NCBI GenBank assembly: GCA_030704615.1
Contig: CM060732.1
Coordinates: 58,776,001 to 58,840,000 of the forward strand
Direction: 5' to 3'
DNA from: Takakia lepidozioides
Lineage: Eukaryota; Plantae; Bryophyta
Length of the DNA: 64,000 nucleotides
The stretch's first letter is position 1. Every line of letters begins with the position of its first letter. The notes under the pieces were generated by a model. That model was not told the origin of the DNA. It made no database searches and saw only the letters and a program-made list of their open reading frames with translations. The translations under genes and the position numbers were made by a program. Below, in pieces: positions 12,320-25,679 of the stretch.

Positions 12320-14614
12320 ATGGAGCCCAATATTTTCGATGAACTAGAAAGGGAAGTTGTTCCTGACATCAATGTTGATAATGAGAGAGATTTGGTGGAG
12401 TGTCATGTTGCGGAGGATGCTCATTATGCAGCCTCATTTACAGCAGCGCCTCAAGCCTCGGCTGCAATGTCATCTTCCACAGTTTCGCCATCACACACGG
12501 TGTTGGATGTGGAGGCGCAGCTCCCAGTACTTGAAAAACAACGGGATTTTTGGAAGCCCCACAATCGCACTGCTTCGACATGGGCATTATATGCAACAAA
12601 AGACTCTGCTCCAGTGGACATAACAAATCCACAACAAATGAGGTGTGTTCTATGTCATCATGTTACTCCTGCAAGCAAGAAGGGCATTGTGACCTATAAT
12701 AAAACCAATGGTATCTCTGCCCTTCGAAAACATGTGGATCAAGAACATGACATTGTTTTGCGTAGGTGAATTGAGAGGGAAAATGAAGGATCTGAGAAGG
12801 CCGGAAGGCCAGCAAAAAAGAGACCCGGCCCCACTCCTGGAAACATAGCTTTTTTTTTTGGGAGCTCCACTCCATACAATCAAAATGATGATCAAAAGAA
12901 GCAGTTCAATGAGGATTTAGTCTTGTTCATTGCAAAGGAGTTGGTTCCATTGTCTTTGGTAGAATCCCCTCGGCTAAGAAGGATGGTGTTGAGGCAAAAT
13001 CCTCGGATTGTTTTCTCTTCTCGACGGACATTTGTGAATGAGGCCATTCCAATCTTGGCAGAGAAGACGAAAGAGCGCTACATGTCCCCATCTCTTCAGA
13101 GTTGCGCTATTTGCTCTGTGAGTTTTGATTTGTGGATGTCAAGAGGGGGAACTGACATTTTTGTCATCATAGCGCACTTTATTAATGAACAGTGGGAGCA
13201 ATGTCATGTGACTCTTGGCATGTTTGAGACACCTGACACATCTGGGGCTGCCATGGCACATCAAGTCAACAATCTTCTTGTGAAGTATGGCCTCAATACT
13301 CGCATTATTGCTTACGTCAAAGATGAGGGAGGTAATTTGGCCACTTTGACCAATGCTTTGAATTCGGTGGTCTCATGTGCGTGTTTGGGGTTGGATTCTC
13401 CATTTGTGGGTAGCTGTTTTGGGCATGCAATGTCCAAGTGTTGCCAGTATGCAACAAATGATGCAAAAGTATGTGCAGATATGAGATCGGTTTCTATAAA
13501 AAATGCCCAATCAGAGTTGCAAAAAACCATTACTTGGATAAAAAAAAATGGCAAAGGGAAACAAGAATGGGCAAAGGCATGTGTGGACAGCGGCATTCAT
13601 CCCCACAAATTGAAGACTCCGGTGAAGACACGGTTTGCTCCCAAGGTGATCCTCTTCCAAGAGACTTTGGAGTTTAGGCAAGCCATAATCACTTGTTACT
13701 CTAGGCAAACCTCATTGGCACTGCAGTCTCGCATACCAAGTCCACAAGTATGGGCCATTGCCCAATCAATTTCTACAGTTCTAGGGCCTGTGGTTCATGA
13801 GTGCATTATGAATCAATCTGGGGGATTTTGGCTGTTGTCCGATGCTCTTAATGCAACCATTGCCACAACAATTCGCATGCGAGGAAGTAGTGCTCCCAGG
13901 GCTGCAACTGTGGATCATTGCATGGGGGATTTCTCAACAAAGTTGACATTGTTGGAATGGCGGATGGCTCGAGAGGTGGTATATGTCTTGGAACCATTTC
14001 TTTCTTTTTTGGAAAGATTTCAATCGCGCAAAGCTCACAATATGCTCGCGCTTATGCTTGACCCACGTTACAAGGGGTTATCATTGGTATCACAATATGT
14101 GGGCAAAGAGCGTGCTTTGCATATTGTGTCCCAATATGATAGCATGGTGTTATAGCCTCTTTAGGTAAAGTGTTTCAAGGTCTTACATCCGGATACTCCG
14201 GCGCATGACCACAATGAAGACATGACATTGACAGTAGTGAGAGAACAACTATCACATTTCAGAAGGACGAAGATAATTGAGGGTGAGTACGTGGCTCCTT
14301 TGAAATGGTGGAAAGAACACGAGTCTCTCTTTCTGTATGTGGGATTTTTGGCATGGCTAATCTTGGGCATAGTTGGATCTCATATTGAAGCTAAGAGGGT
14401 TTTTAGTATTGCAGGTGTCATAACAAGCTTGAGACGGTGCAGGTTAAATATTGAAAACCTTGATATGCTTGTGAGTGTAGTCAAGAATTGGCCAAATGAT
14501 GCTAGAGTTGGTTGCTTTAGTACTTCCATGAAAGAGTTTTTGGATAGGGAAGAAGTCCTCTTAGATGAGAATGAGGACTTGATTGCAGAAGCAAACCTCT
14601 TTGAGGTAGAATGA
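12320..14614 (+). pseudogene. hAT transposase pseudogene (BED zinc finger, DDE core, C-terminal dimerisation domain)
   Basis: BED finger MRCVLCH...ALRKHVDQEH; catalytic-region motifs SFDLW, YVKDEGGN, CFGH, VKTRF, LDPRYK; dimerisation-type PLKWW...RVFS. Stops at 12767-12769 and 14153-14155, plus frame changes. Confidence 0.9.
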
Positions 14615-16810
14615 TTTGTCTTAGAGACAAGTTATTGTTCAACATATTACACTATACTCCTTTGATTGGAGTTTGTTTATTTGTCATTTTTATTGAAAAT
14701 TTCAGTGACATCCCGTGTACTTAGTTTGTTGTATGCTATATCGACAAAGCATCATCCAAAAAACACAAATTTATGTAGTTTTTTCTAGTTGTGCTTTTGC
14801 TCCACCATAAAAGGTAACCATAGAATTACACATGTTTAATTTGTTTTGTATTTTGAATTAAGATCCTTATGTAGTTAATTTGTTTTAGTTGTTCTTTGCT
14901 ACACCGTACGAAAACTTATAAAATCTCTGATTTTCCGTTTTTAATGGAGACCATGCGTATTTAACTTGTTATATATACCATAAAAGACAATCACAAAATA
15001 CATATAAGTTTATTTACTTCTGTTTTACTAATAAATTCCTTGGTTTTAGTTGAAAATTCTGAATATTCAGTATGACCAATCATATCAGTTCATCTAATTT
15101 TCCAGAAGAATAAAAAAATTAAAAGAATTTAATATATTTTTAAAAAAGAACCGGAACCTAACCGGAACCGGTGTTTTTTTTCCAGCAAACTAACCGGTAA
15201 CTGGAACCGCCCCCATGTTAAAAAGTCAGAACCTGAACCGGACCGGAACCGCCTTAATACAAAATAACCGGATCCGGATCCGGAACCATCTCTTCAAAAA
15301 TTTGTGGAACCGGAACCGAAGGTTCCTTCACAATGGCAAGAACCGCCCAACACTGGTCTGTACCTGCAAATGGCTTGGGCACAATAGCTTACTAACATGA
15401 GCATGAAAATAGAATTGGATCATGAGGCACTCAGATCTATACTAAACAGCTAACTGGGGTATCTCTGGACACGGGGATCAATGACTTAAACATCTCAGAG
15501 TGGAGTAACAAGTACAGAAAGGCTGGGCATTTACAAATAGCTACCATAGAACAGATTGACAAGGGTATGAGAGGCACGAAAGATGCTGGGAATATCACAG
15601 TACTGACTGTACACATGAATAGACTGATCCAATAGGCATAGGATCTGACTCAGCAATTAATTGTGCAAGGGGCAGAAATAGAAGGGATTACATGGATAAG
15701 GCATAGAGTAGGTGCTCAATACTTATCCAGCATCCCAGCAGCAGGGTTAACGATGATCTGGTCATGGTGAAGAGGGATATAACGAGATGGAGGATGGACC
15801 ACACGCGATGCCAGATATTGGATGGGAAACTCAAGCACATTGTTAAGATTTGTTCAGATTGTAGCATGTCAAATATAAGGTTTCCTACGCACTGTTTTCT
15901 CTTTTTCACTGCAGATCGGCTGATCTTCTGCATCTAGAGCATTACACCGTCCAGCAGAAGGCTCATAGAACCTGGCAGTACTCAACATCAGATGCCAAAA
16001 TACCTGATACAGTGCACATTTAACATGTTATACCCGGCAAAACTTCATCCTCTGATACGGGGAATGTACTGAATCACTTAAATTGATGAAGACATCCCAC
16101 TGTACCAAGTTGCTGCCACAATGTGACCTGCCTTTACAACAGGAATAAACTGTAGAAAGGATGTAAGAAGAGCCCAGCAAACTTTGAAGGGAGGTGGTGT
16201 TACTCAAGAGTGACGGAGTTTACTCGCAAATGACTTGATGGCACTCCTACAATTCGAGGGAGCCCTATGACGGGCACTCATGCCATGGTCTAAAGAGACA
16301 GGAGAAATAAAGTTTGAGATTTGACTTACAAAGGGTTCCTGCAAGGACGAAACACCAACACCATGAGCTAAACCACCCTGAAAAAGTCTACAAGGAAAAG
16401 ACACAGTGCCCCATGTAACAAACCAAACACATTTGCTCCTCCCTACCTTCAAAGTGTAGTTTAGCAATTGTTAATTGTACTCTGGTACCAAGAATCAAAA
16501 GTGGTTTCATGTGCTCCCTACTAATCCACAAAGCCACTCTTTCTTTCACTTGACAGACCCATTCCACATAATTGACATGATATCATGACTGTACTTTTCA
16601 GAATTCATGAGTCAAACATCCTTAAGTGAACCAATTGTGAAGTTTGATTCTTTCAAGACTACAACGAAAGGTAGATCACTTGTGTCACACAAACGCCTCT
16701 ATTTCAGTAGAATCTCCTTTCTGACCTTCCAATGCAAAATCAAACCCTAAGACGGAACTGCTTGTTGCAGCACTTCCATAACCTCTCAGCAAATGGCAAG
16801 CAAGCAGACC

Positions 16811-19051
16811 TTAATAATAAGTTGAAGGTCTTGAACAGCATAAACAAGAAGGCCTCCATCGCCGCTTGCACCGCACAAACCGCCTGTCAGGTTGAGCCAT
16901 TCTCACCGGACTACTGTTCCATTCATTAGCCATTCTGCATGAGCCCAAAGAGATCACCAGCACCCATTATCAGCAGTATACAGGAACATACCTTTTGATT
17001 TATGCTAAGCAGCAAGACACTAGCCAGAGACTGATGGTGTACCACAACATGCTCCAAACCGTCGCAATTCCTTAACCTCGATACAGGACTAAAAAAGCTA
17101 CTTACATAGGAAAAGCAAAAGAGCGGTTGCTTGCAGCACTGCTGTCAGATCGGTGAGATATGCTTCCAGAAAAAGGAATTTGGCCTGAATGGTTGACTGC
17201 TCCAGAATATGATGTGGATCCAGAGTAGGGCCCAGAGATGGGACCCGAATAAACGATGGGTCCTGAAAAGGGAATCGGTGCGAGATCAGCATATGCGTCC
17301 ATGTCAGACTGGAATCGCTCACGACTCTTGGGTGAGTCCCCAATACTGCCAGGGTGTGATTTTCCCCAACTACCAGGAGAATCTCCAAGACTTCCATTGC
17401 GTGCTTTACCATGGCTGCTGGGTGAATTACGACTACAGGGTGGGTCCTCTACTATGCTTTCAGTGCACACTGTATCACAGCCCTCAGGTAATGATAGATC
17501 ACTGGTAGGTGATGATTGCCCTAGCACATCTATGGCAAGCAATTTACTGCCACCAGTTGAAGATTCTTTCACTGTGCTCTCAGCATCTGCAAGAAAGGGC
17601 TCCCTTGTTCCAACTTCAACAAATATTTCTGGCGTGGTAGGTACATCTGCAACTTCCCATAAGCTTAAATTCAATCTTCTGCCACAAGGTGCCTCTTTCA
17701 GTTCTCCTTCAGCAGCTTGTGCTGAAGGAGTTGCCACCTGTGTGCCCTTGAGTACAACCACATCAACCTTCCCTTCAGACCCTTCCATTTCAACTCCATT
17801 TTCCAGTGAGCTGTCAGGCAAGCCCTTAGGTGGTGGCATTGGCTTCTCTCCCTCCCTTAGAACCTCTGGTTCGACAATCTCCTTCCTATAGGTCACCTGT
17901 GGTGTTACCCCCTGGAGATTCTCTAAAGAAACACGCATGTTTTCACTTGGAGTGATGGCCTGATCGGCATGATGAGCAGCAATCTTCCCAAGCTGTTTGC
18001 AGTGCTGCACACCTGTATTCCTATCTGCAATGTCCAACACAGGTATCCACTCTTCAACAACTGAACTTGGTGTTCTTTTAGATATGTGCTCCAGAGCACA
18101 TGAGACTTGCTGAAGTGGGGTGCTGTCCACGTCCACATTCTGAGAGTTATCCCCTGTAGCTGAAATTATGTGCTGAGGTTGCACATCTTTAACAGACCTC
18201 TGACAACTCTCCTCTTTCAAATACAACCCTTGCCGGGTCGGCCCTTTACACTTTTCAGACTCCTCTAACTTCCCTTGGGACGACTCCTGTTTGATGATCA
18301 CACCCTCCTGGACACCCTCCAGGTCCCCTGAAGAAGGAAACAGCTGAGATGGAGACTCATATTTCTCGGACTTGTCATGTTTCTCTTCCATGGCAGGTGA
18401 ATCGTGCTGAGGCAGCACCACACCTCCAGAAGTTGAGGTTGAACTCGTGATCTCTGCCTTTTCCCAATGTCCAACAATATCAGCCATTCTCTCTCCTTCA
18501 GAGCCCACTGTGGGCCCTTTCCACTTAGCCTTCCCAGCTGCAAGTAATTTATTCCCAAAAGCCCTATAAAGTGGTACTTCTGCTTGGATTTCCTTTCCAC
18601 ATCCATTTGATTCCATTGACACAACTGTAAGTGGATCAAGAAAATTGTGACTTTGGCTTGGCAAATGTGCCGACATTTCTGCGACCCCAGCAGCTCCCTC
18701 AAAATCATGCAAATCCTGTGAACCTTCTGACAAACTTTCCAGAAACCCTTGCTTCTTTTCAAACTGAACAAGAGTATAATCCCTATTTCCACCCACTAGC
18801 AAACTTATCTGCTCAGATAAGACACCATATCTATCAACCACTGCTCGAATAGGAAGCCGCCGAAGCCTATTGATATGAAAGGAGGGAAGATTGTCCTCAT
18901 CAGTATCTGTAATTGGGGATAGGCTAGCAGAGTAAGTGCTCACAAGGGACCCATTAGTATGTGCAGCTGTCATGCCTTTGCCTTCTTCACCAGCGTTCTC
19001 CACTGCACGATGTGAGCTCCCTTCAAGTGTTCCTTGTACCATCACGCCCAT
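16811..19051 (-). CDS. BASL-like / gar2-related protein: long disordered acidic region followed by the conserved SISHRSDSS..SFAFP..EWNSSPVRM motif
   Basis: The large ORF ends GQIPFSGSISHRSDSSAASNRSFAFP. A GT-AG intron (16935-17105) joins the terminal exon 16811-16934, encoding (I)MANEWNSSPVRMAQPDRRFVRCKRRWRPSCLCCSRPSTYY*. The first in-frame ATG is at 19051; the true start may involve upstream exons. Confidence 0.85.
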
Positions 19052-21889
19052 TTCCTGAGTGGTACACTCCCACTGTAAGGAATGCAAAGAGGACAAAGAA
19101 ACTTCACTTCTTGATAAGGATCCAGGTTCCCAGCTGCATAATCAACTCTCTTTCCTGAATGAGCTGTTGCAGCTTCCTCAGTGGACTGTTCCAACAGTGG
19201 GAACTCCTGTATTTGACCTGAAAAGTCGCTCAGCAACATCAGTGTCTTGAGGATGTTCTTTTTATCTTGGTTTCTCTAGCACTAGAGATAATCACTGCAG
19301 ATGAGCCGTAAGGTCCTCATGTCTTGAGGGTATTTCCTCCACCAAGGAATGCTTGGACACGATGTTGAGGTTTCTTATAAGGAGCAATATCTTCTCTTGA
19401 GAATCCAAATTGTCTACGACAGGGCTGGTTGCTGCATTAAAGCCTCGGCCACTGAGGCGGGTGGGTCAGGGCGCAACGTACATTGCAAACATCAGTTCTT
19501 GAGTTCGAAGTTGTGCTCGGCAGGACAATTGTGGCCTTTCTCCAACCCCAGCGCTCCAGAAAGGATGCAGCTGCTTCTTCACTGGCTCTGACTCAGTCTC
19601 AGTCATGATATCCTCTGTCAGCATCTGAATGACAACATTATCTTTCCCGTGATACATCCCACACGGAAATGCCGTCACAGACCTTGTAATAAGCAAAGGA
19701 CACCATCTGCAGCCACATGTCCATGAGACCAGATCATCTCCATTATACAGCTAATCCAATTACTGGAATCAGCCAGCTTATGCACTACCCGTGCATAAAA
19801 ACAGTAAAAATCTTTAATATTGGCATCAAATGGACCTCATCAAGGAGGGCAGTCATTAAACCACAACTGCTTCACCATGCCACTTGTCTGCAAAGTGAAG
19901 CTAACGCACTGAAAAACAAACCATAACTGTTGGGTTCTTTCGCCTAACATCCTTCAATCAAGGAATCAAGGGCAGTTGAAACATATTATCTGAAATGACT
20001 CCCCCGTCTTCGTTTAAATTAGCAAGAATGCCTGTAACCACATAACCTGCACAAACATTAAGTCACGATATTTTCCAGAACCTGACTGAGAAATCACTAC
20101 CCTCAATGGGAAATCTCCTGGTGAAGGGGAGGATGCCGACTTCAATTGGCGCCACAGAAAAACAAGAGATCACAAGTCCAGAGCTCAGCTAAAATTTTGA
20201 TACCTCCGAAAGATCTCAGTTAACCCTCGGATCGTATTTTGGGTTTCAGCAGCTTTCCTCCGGCAGCGTCCCCTTCAGCTTCAAGGCTCTTCGCTAGGAT
20301 CGCTTCTCCTTTTTTATGTCCCAAGGCTGTAATTCGATTCCAGAGCTCTATACACACTAGCAGTGGGAATTCACTTCCTCCTCATCTTACTCTCTTCGCT
20401 CTGCCTCTGTTATCCTAGGGCTTGGGCTAGTAATTCGACACTCTCATGAACACGCCTTGGATTCCAGCTTAGCATCCTCCTTCATAGTTCCTCTCTCTCG
20501 TCACTTCCATCTTTTCGCTTCGATAGCTAGTGTGCTAGGGTGTCGGGGATGTTTCCCCTCAGTAAGCCTGCTATTGGTTATTTTTTCCACTAATTGTTGA
20601 CAATCTTTATTAATTTGATTAAAAGGGCCTCCGTCCCCCTTCTTATTTTTTTAAAAACAAAATCACTAATTAATCGGTTTCACAGCAGATCGCCGTGAAT
20701 CTAAATGGCTGAATAAGGTGCCTATCACCCACACGAAACAGTCCACTTCAGTAAAGAGTTCACAAACTACAGATCCTGCAATCACCTAACAATCTGCTGT
20801 GCAGAAGATCAGCATGACATAACATAATTTCATACATATCTTCAAACTTATCACAAACAAATAGACATATTCAGCACAAACCAGTAAACTGACATATAGA
20901 CTGTGTAATAGGAAACACCGGGTTTAGGCTTACAAAAATGTATCATCACCATTGTCACAATTAAAACCACATATGAAGGCTCCACCCTCAGAATGGGGTA
21001 GACACCATTGCCACAGTTTCCTATCTGCCATGAAATGCATGGTATTGCTAGCTGTAGTCCTTAATAGTCTTGCATTTGAAATGTGTTGATATGTAAGTGT
21101 GAATTGAGAAGTCATTCCTTATGATGTGTGACATCAACTGACAGGGACGTGTCTTTACATGGGGGACCCACATATTTCTTCAGAGCTTATACAAAGATTA
21201 ATGTAGTTGATTTAATCAATCAAGCAGGTTGGACCTCACATCTGCAAACATTTCCATGAGTCATATATTGCTCATCTATGATGTCTCCATATGAGGAGAA
21301 TGCATCAAATAATGGATAAGCTGCTCATCATATTCAGCCTCCCAAAGACACCCTCATCCATGGCCAAAATGTCTCTCCTTCACTTTTCAAACAAATACCT
21401 ATCCATGGAATAAGTTTCCCTCATGTATGCCAACTAAAAAGGATTATTAATGTTTCTCCTGAAAGAGTGAAATTGGCTAGAGAAGCAGCCCCCTAGCCTT
21501 AATATAGCAACAAAAGCTTGCCTACCATCATAAGCTCCGCCTCATGGGAAGAACGCCTTGGCAAGTCCATCCCACCATTTTGAAACAAGAACAGACATTT
21601 ATCAACAAAGCCATGACGACATCTACTCAACAAATTTCTGTTGTTCTTATTTGTAATGATATCAGCAGAACCCCCTGGTCCTTGACGTACTCCCAACATA
21701 GCATGAATAGTTTCTCACCATGTTGGTGCACAGAAGCACTGCAAGAAGGCAGCTGTCTTCCACCTTTTATTGAGAGGGCGGTCAAGTTCCTGCCAACAGA
21801 TTGTGTGACCAAGCTCCTCCTTGACCAGCAATTCAAGGGGCAGTAAGCTAGCTTACAGGGAAGTTTGCACGGTAGGCATTCATGCTTGA

Positions 21890-22682
21890 GTCGGAATAGT
21901 CCAACGGGATGCGGATGGATTGAGTCGCAATCCATGCACGAGCGATCATAATCATACAGGAGCTCGTTGACATGGTGAGACGGACGAGGAGATGGTGCCA
22001 GGATGGCACGCATCTGCCTTTTTGTGCATTCTAGCAATGGGAGTTCAAGCCGGTCCCATGTAATTGGTCATGGAGATAATGTGCATGACGATCCAGAGAT
22101 CAGTGAGGAGCTTGGTGGTGCTAAGGATGTGGTGGAAGATGCAACAGTGTTGGCCTACCTTCGTACCGGAGAGACAGCAGCCAATGTGACTACTAAGGAG
22201 AGAGATCGGATCCTACAACGAGCCAAGAGGTTCAAGTGGGAGGGGATTCACCTACTCCGTGTATGGGGGGATGGACGACTGAAGATTATGTCTCATCCAA
22301 CACAACAAGCGTGATTGGTACGCCATGCCCATGAGGAGTTGGGACAGTTTGGAGTGCGGCGCACTCATAGTTAGCTGCAAGGGTAGTACTGGTGGCGGGG
22401 CATGTACACGGATGTGCAACAGTTAGTGGCAATGTGCATGGTGTGTGATAGGGTGCGTACTTCCTTCAATGTACATACTCCACAATTGCATCATTTACCT
22501 ATTATGGGTTTGAGCTACCGTTGGAGTCTTGACTTCGCAAGCCCATTGCCACTAACGATTCGCCATAACAAGTATGTGTTGGTGATGGTGGAACACTTCT
22601 CCAAATGGATTGAATTGGTGGCGTTGCTTGACAAAGCAAGTAAGAGGGCTGCATATGCATTCTTAGATCGAGTTCTTAACCG
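21890..22682 (+). mobile_element. Ty3/Gypsy pol fragment (RNase H end, integrase Zn-finger and start of the rve core)
   Basis: ADGLSRNP (~21910); HEELGQFG...YWWRGMYTDVQQLVAMCMVCDR; RWSLDF; YVLVMVEHFSKW. Contains in-frame stops and fuses abruptly to the LINE at 22683. Confidence 0.9.
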
Positions 22683-25420
22683 ATTTTGGATGTCATTATG
22701 TAGCCTTATTTGTAAAGTCAGGTCCCTATTGAAGTCGCATGCGAGAAGGATTGCAGAAGATGAGTTGATGACATTGTTCACAAAGTCTGTAATTTGTTGC
22801 AAGATATCTAGGGTAAGTGCTATATCATCTGGATGTGAGGGCATATAGAGGTGAATAATAGTAAATTTTGGATAAGGCCTGATATGCATTTGGACAACTT
22901 GTAGATGAGTTTTGAGATACGAAGGAATTGCAACATTAGAGGTTGTTTTTTTGCAAGTGCATGGATTTTTGTATACCAATTGCAACTCCAAACCCCCCCC
23001 CCCCCCCCCCCCCCCCCCCTCCTGCTGGCTGGTACTGTAATGAGCATACCTGTTATATTTTTCCTGATGATGGGGGGCTGTCATAATTAAGGGTCCAGCA
23101 ATATTCTATTCATGTTTGTATTGGGTGAGTGCAATTGGAGTTTGGTTTCTTGTAATAGAATAATGTGGGGGGGAAGTCTTGAAGGATAAGTAATAGGATG
23201 GCGATATTGGAGGCAATAGAGCCAAAATTCCATGTGAGACATACTAGAGATTGATCTGATCCGGAGTCGGGGATGCATATGGGCAAAGAGATGGTTCATG
23301 GCAGAGTTGGTGTTTGATCGTTAAAACTATGGGGTTAGTTTGGGGTATATGAAGGTTGAGTACATAATAGCCTGATAGATATGTTAACATGCTTATTGTG
23401 GCAGATAGAATTTATTGTGTTATGAAAGGAATGCTAAAGTAATATCTTGTAAAGTAGGGCAAGTCATTGGGGGGAGGTTCTTTATATATGTTACGTGACC
23501 CGGTGGAGTTTGTGGGAGAACAAAAGAGCCTTGGACGTTTTTTAGGGGGTGTGGTAGGGCATTGTAATGGGATGGGTCTTCAAGTACTGCTCGAAGTTTT
23601 GTTAGTGTGGATAGTATTCTAATCTCCAATTTCTCAGACAACATGATATTTACATGTTTTAGGAGTTGGAAATATACAAATTATGTATGTGAACAATACA
23701 TGGTGCTTACAATGAGATCGCGGTTTATAACTATTATGAGCTACGGTTGGGTATTCGGATGTGGCAATACCATATGGCAGTGCATTTGGGGTTTCTAGAT
23801 CGAGAGTGTATTGTGATTTGGGAAGGTATGGGTTAAGATTTTCTGAAGATGTTCATATTCCAATTTTAGAGTGATGGTAGATGGGTAGAAGTATAAATTA
23901 TATCTTGAATTGGCTGCTTTGGATATGCGGTTAACAATGGTGTGGATAAGATTTAGTGCATTATGTAGATTGAATATGACTTGGGGAGGGTTTGAGATGT
24001 TCGGCCTTCTACTACTATGTCTATTATTAGGGCCTGGGTTTGGGTGGATGTTTCCACATAATATGAGGAGTACGCTTAAATGCGTATTTATGTAGTTATG
24101 CATCCATCTTTGTAGTTTGCGTTTTCCTTGCTTAGAGATGTGTGGAGCGTTATTCAATCTTCCTTTGGGGATATATGATACTTGTTGTTCGTAGGTGTGC
24201 ATTTTTGTGATGAAGTTGAGGGACGATTTGCTTTGTTGGTAGCTATATATTTTTGTAAATCTGTATGCTGGTTATACTTGCCAAATTAGTGGTAACCAAT
24301 TATTTCTACAGTTGCACAACTGAAATGTGTGTATTGTGAAAAGGACTGGGAGGTAGAAGTGGATGGTTGAAAATGGGCAACAACACATGGAGAGATGGAT
24401 AATTTTCATTCGCTAGGGATTGAGTGGAGACGACATAGCCACCGTTAACGTAGTTATGAGCAGAAGGTGCTCAAAAGGTGGTTGAAATGAATTTTTCATA
24501 AAGAAGGTAGTGAAAGAGAGTGCAGTGGATGGCGTATAGGTATCCATCAGTGGAGGGTGAATCGTGGATCTTGACAACCATATTTTGTTTGAAATTTTCG
24601 TGGGGAACGTTTATTCAGTATATTGAAGTGTACCTCTGGGGTTGTATAGGTGTAGGATTGTAGAGAAAGTATAAGCTCGAGGTGTCATGTATAAATGGAT
24701 CATAGCACCCCATGCAGCCAGTTATAATAAGCAGGGTTTGCAAGATGAAACGAAACTGTACTATTAGTATGTAGTTTTGTGGGAATGGAGGGCGAGGAAC
24801 CAATTTTTGTGTGGGGCGGGGTTAGAGGGCTGTAATGAAATAGACGATGACTCTCGTGTTGCAATATGACTGTGCTTTTGAGATGTTCGCTTCTGAGTTC
24901 GTTCTTTTGTCTTTGAATGCTCTACGGAATTGATGCTTTTGATAATCATTTCTTCAAAGTGAGCACAAATAGCAAAGTCATGTAATTTCCACGGCTGAGA
25001 TTTTGAATGAGTGGCCAAAAATTGGAAAACGATCTCTAGGGATGTTGTTCGCAACAAGACAGTAGTCTTTATGAACATGGAGGTATTTTGGGCTTTACAT
25101 GAATCTGGCGAGGTTGGGAGAGAGGTTTGGGTGCAGGTATGTCAGTGTAGGTTGGGCTTTGGATAACGGGGATGTGACAATTTTTAGGATGTTTTGGCCG
25201 ATCAGTGTCATGGGAATAGTGTTGATTATGTATAATGCGATAGGGTTTGTTGGTATCCTTGTAAGATGGAAGCACACCCCTTAGGAAATGATGGTGGTAA
25301 GATAAGTGGGTTAGTACGATGGTGTTGAGGGTTTGTCGTGTTTGATCAGATGTGTCGGAAGCAAGCAAGTAGGGAATGCAAAAGCGTGAGCCTGGAAGCG
25401 TGACATGTGAGCCATGAGGG
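22683..25420 (-). mobile_element. Decayed APE-type LINE, copy 2 (5' portion), with a 2A-like motif
   Basis: HIILLQETKL and ILLACDFN motifs; high identity to copy 1; upstream LLILCGNIHPNPGP at ~24029-24070. Truncated inside the endonuclease at 22683; the 5' limit is approximate. Confidence 0.7.
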
Positions 25421-25679
25421 AGTCTATTTTTTATTTTTATTTTTTAAAAAAAATTAAGGAGGATAGTCCTCCAAAATTACGATCAACGACCGCAACTCAG
25501 GACGATTTTCACACAAATAAAAACTATTATTATTATTTGGGTGAGATAACCCTCCATAAATGCGGGCATTGACGACCGCAATTCAGGACAGATCGCACCA
25601 AAAAAAAATAAAAAAATCCATGGTTGCGATAGAATACAAAAACATTCATGCAGATGGGAAACGAGTGAACGACTACATG

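Larger units (their letters stand above)
10920..15355 (+). mobile_element. hAT DNA transposon with a defective transposase
   Basis: Left end CAATGTTGGGCGG at 10920; right end CCGCCCAACACTG ending at 15355 (same TIR family as the MITE at 7710-8796); GAACCG subterminal repeats at 15148-15345. The flanking 8-mers differ (GATACTAC vs GTCTGTAC). Confidence 0.8.

Noticed and set aside
17256-17891. 211-aa plus-strand ORF
   Set aside because: Antisense shadow of the BASL-like exon.
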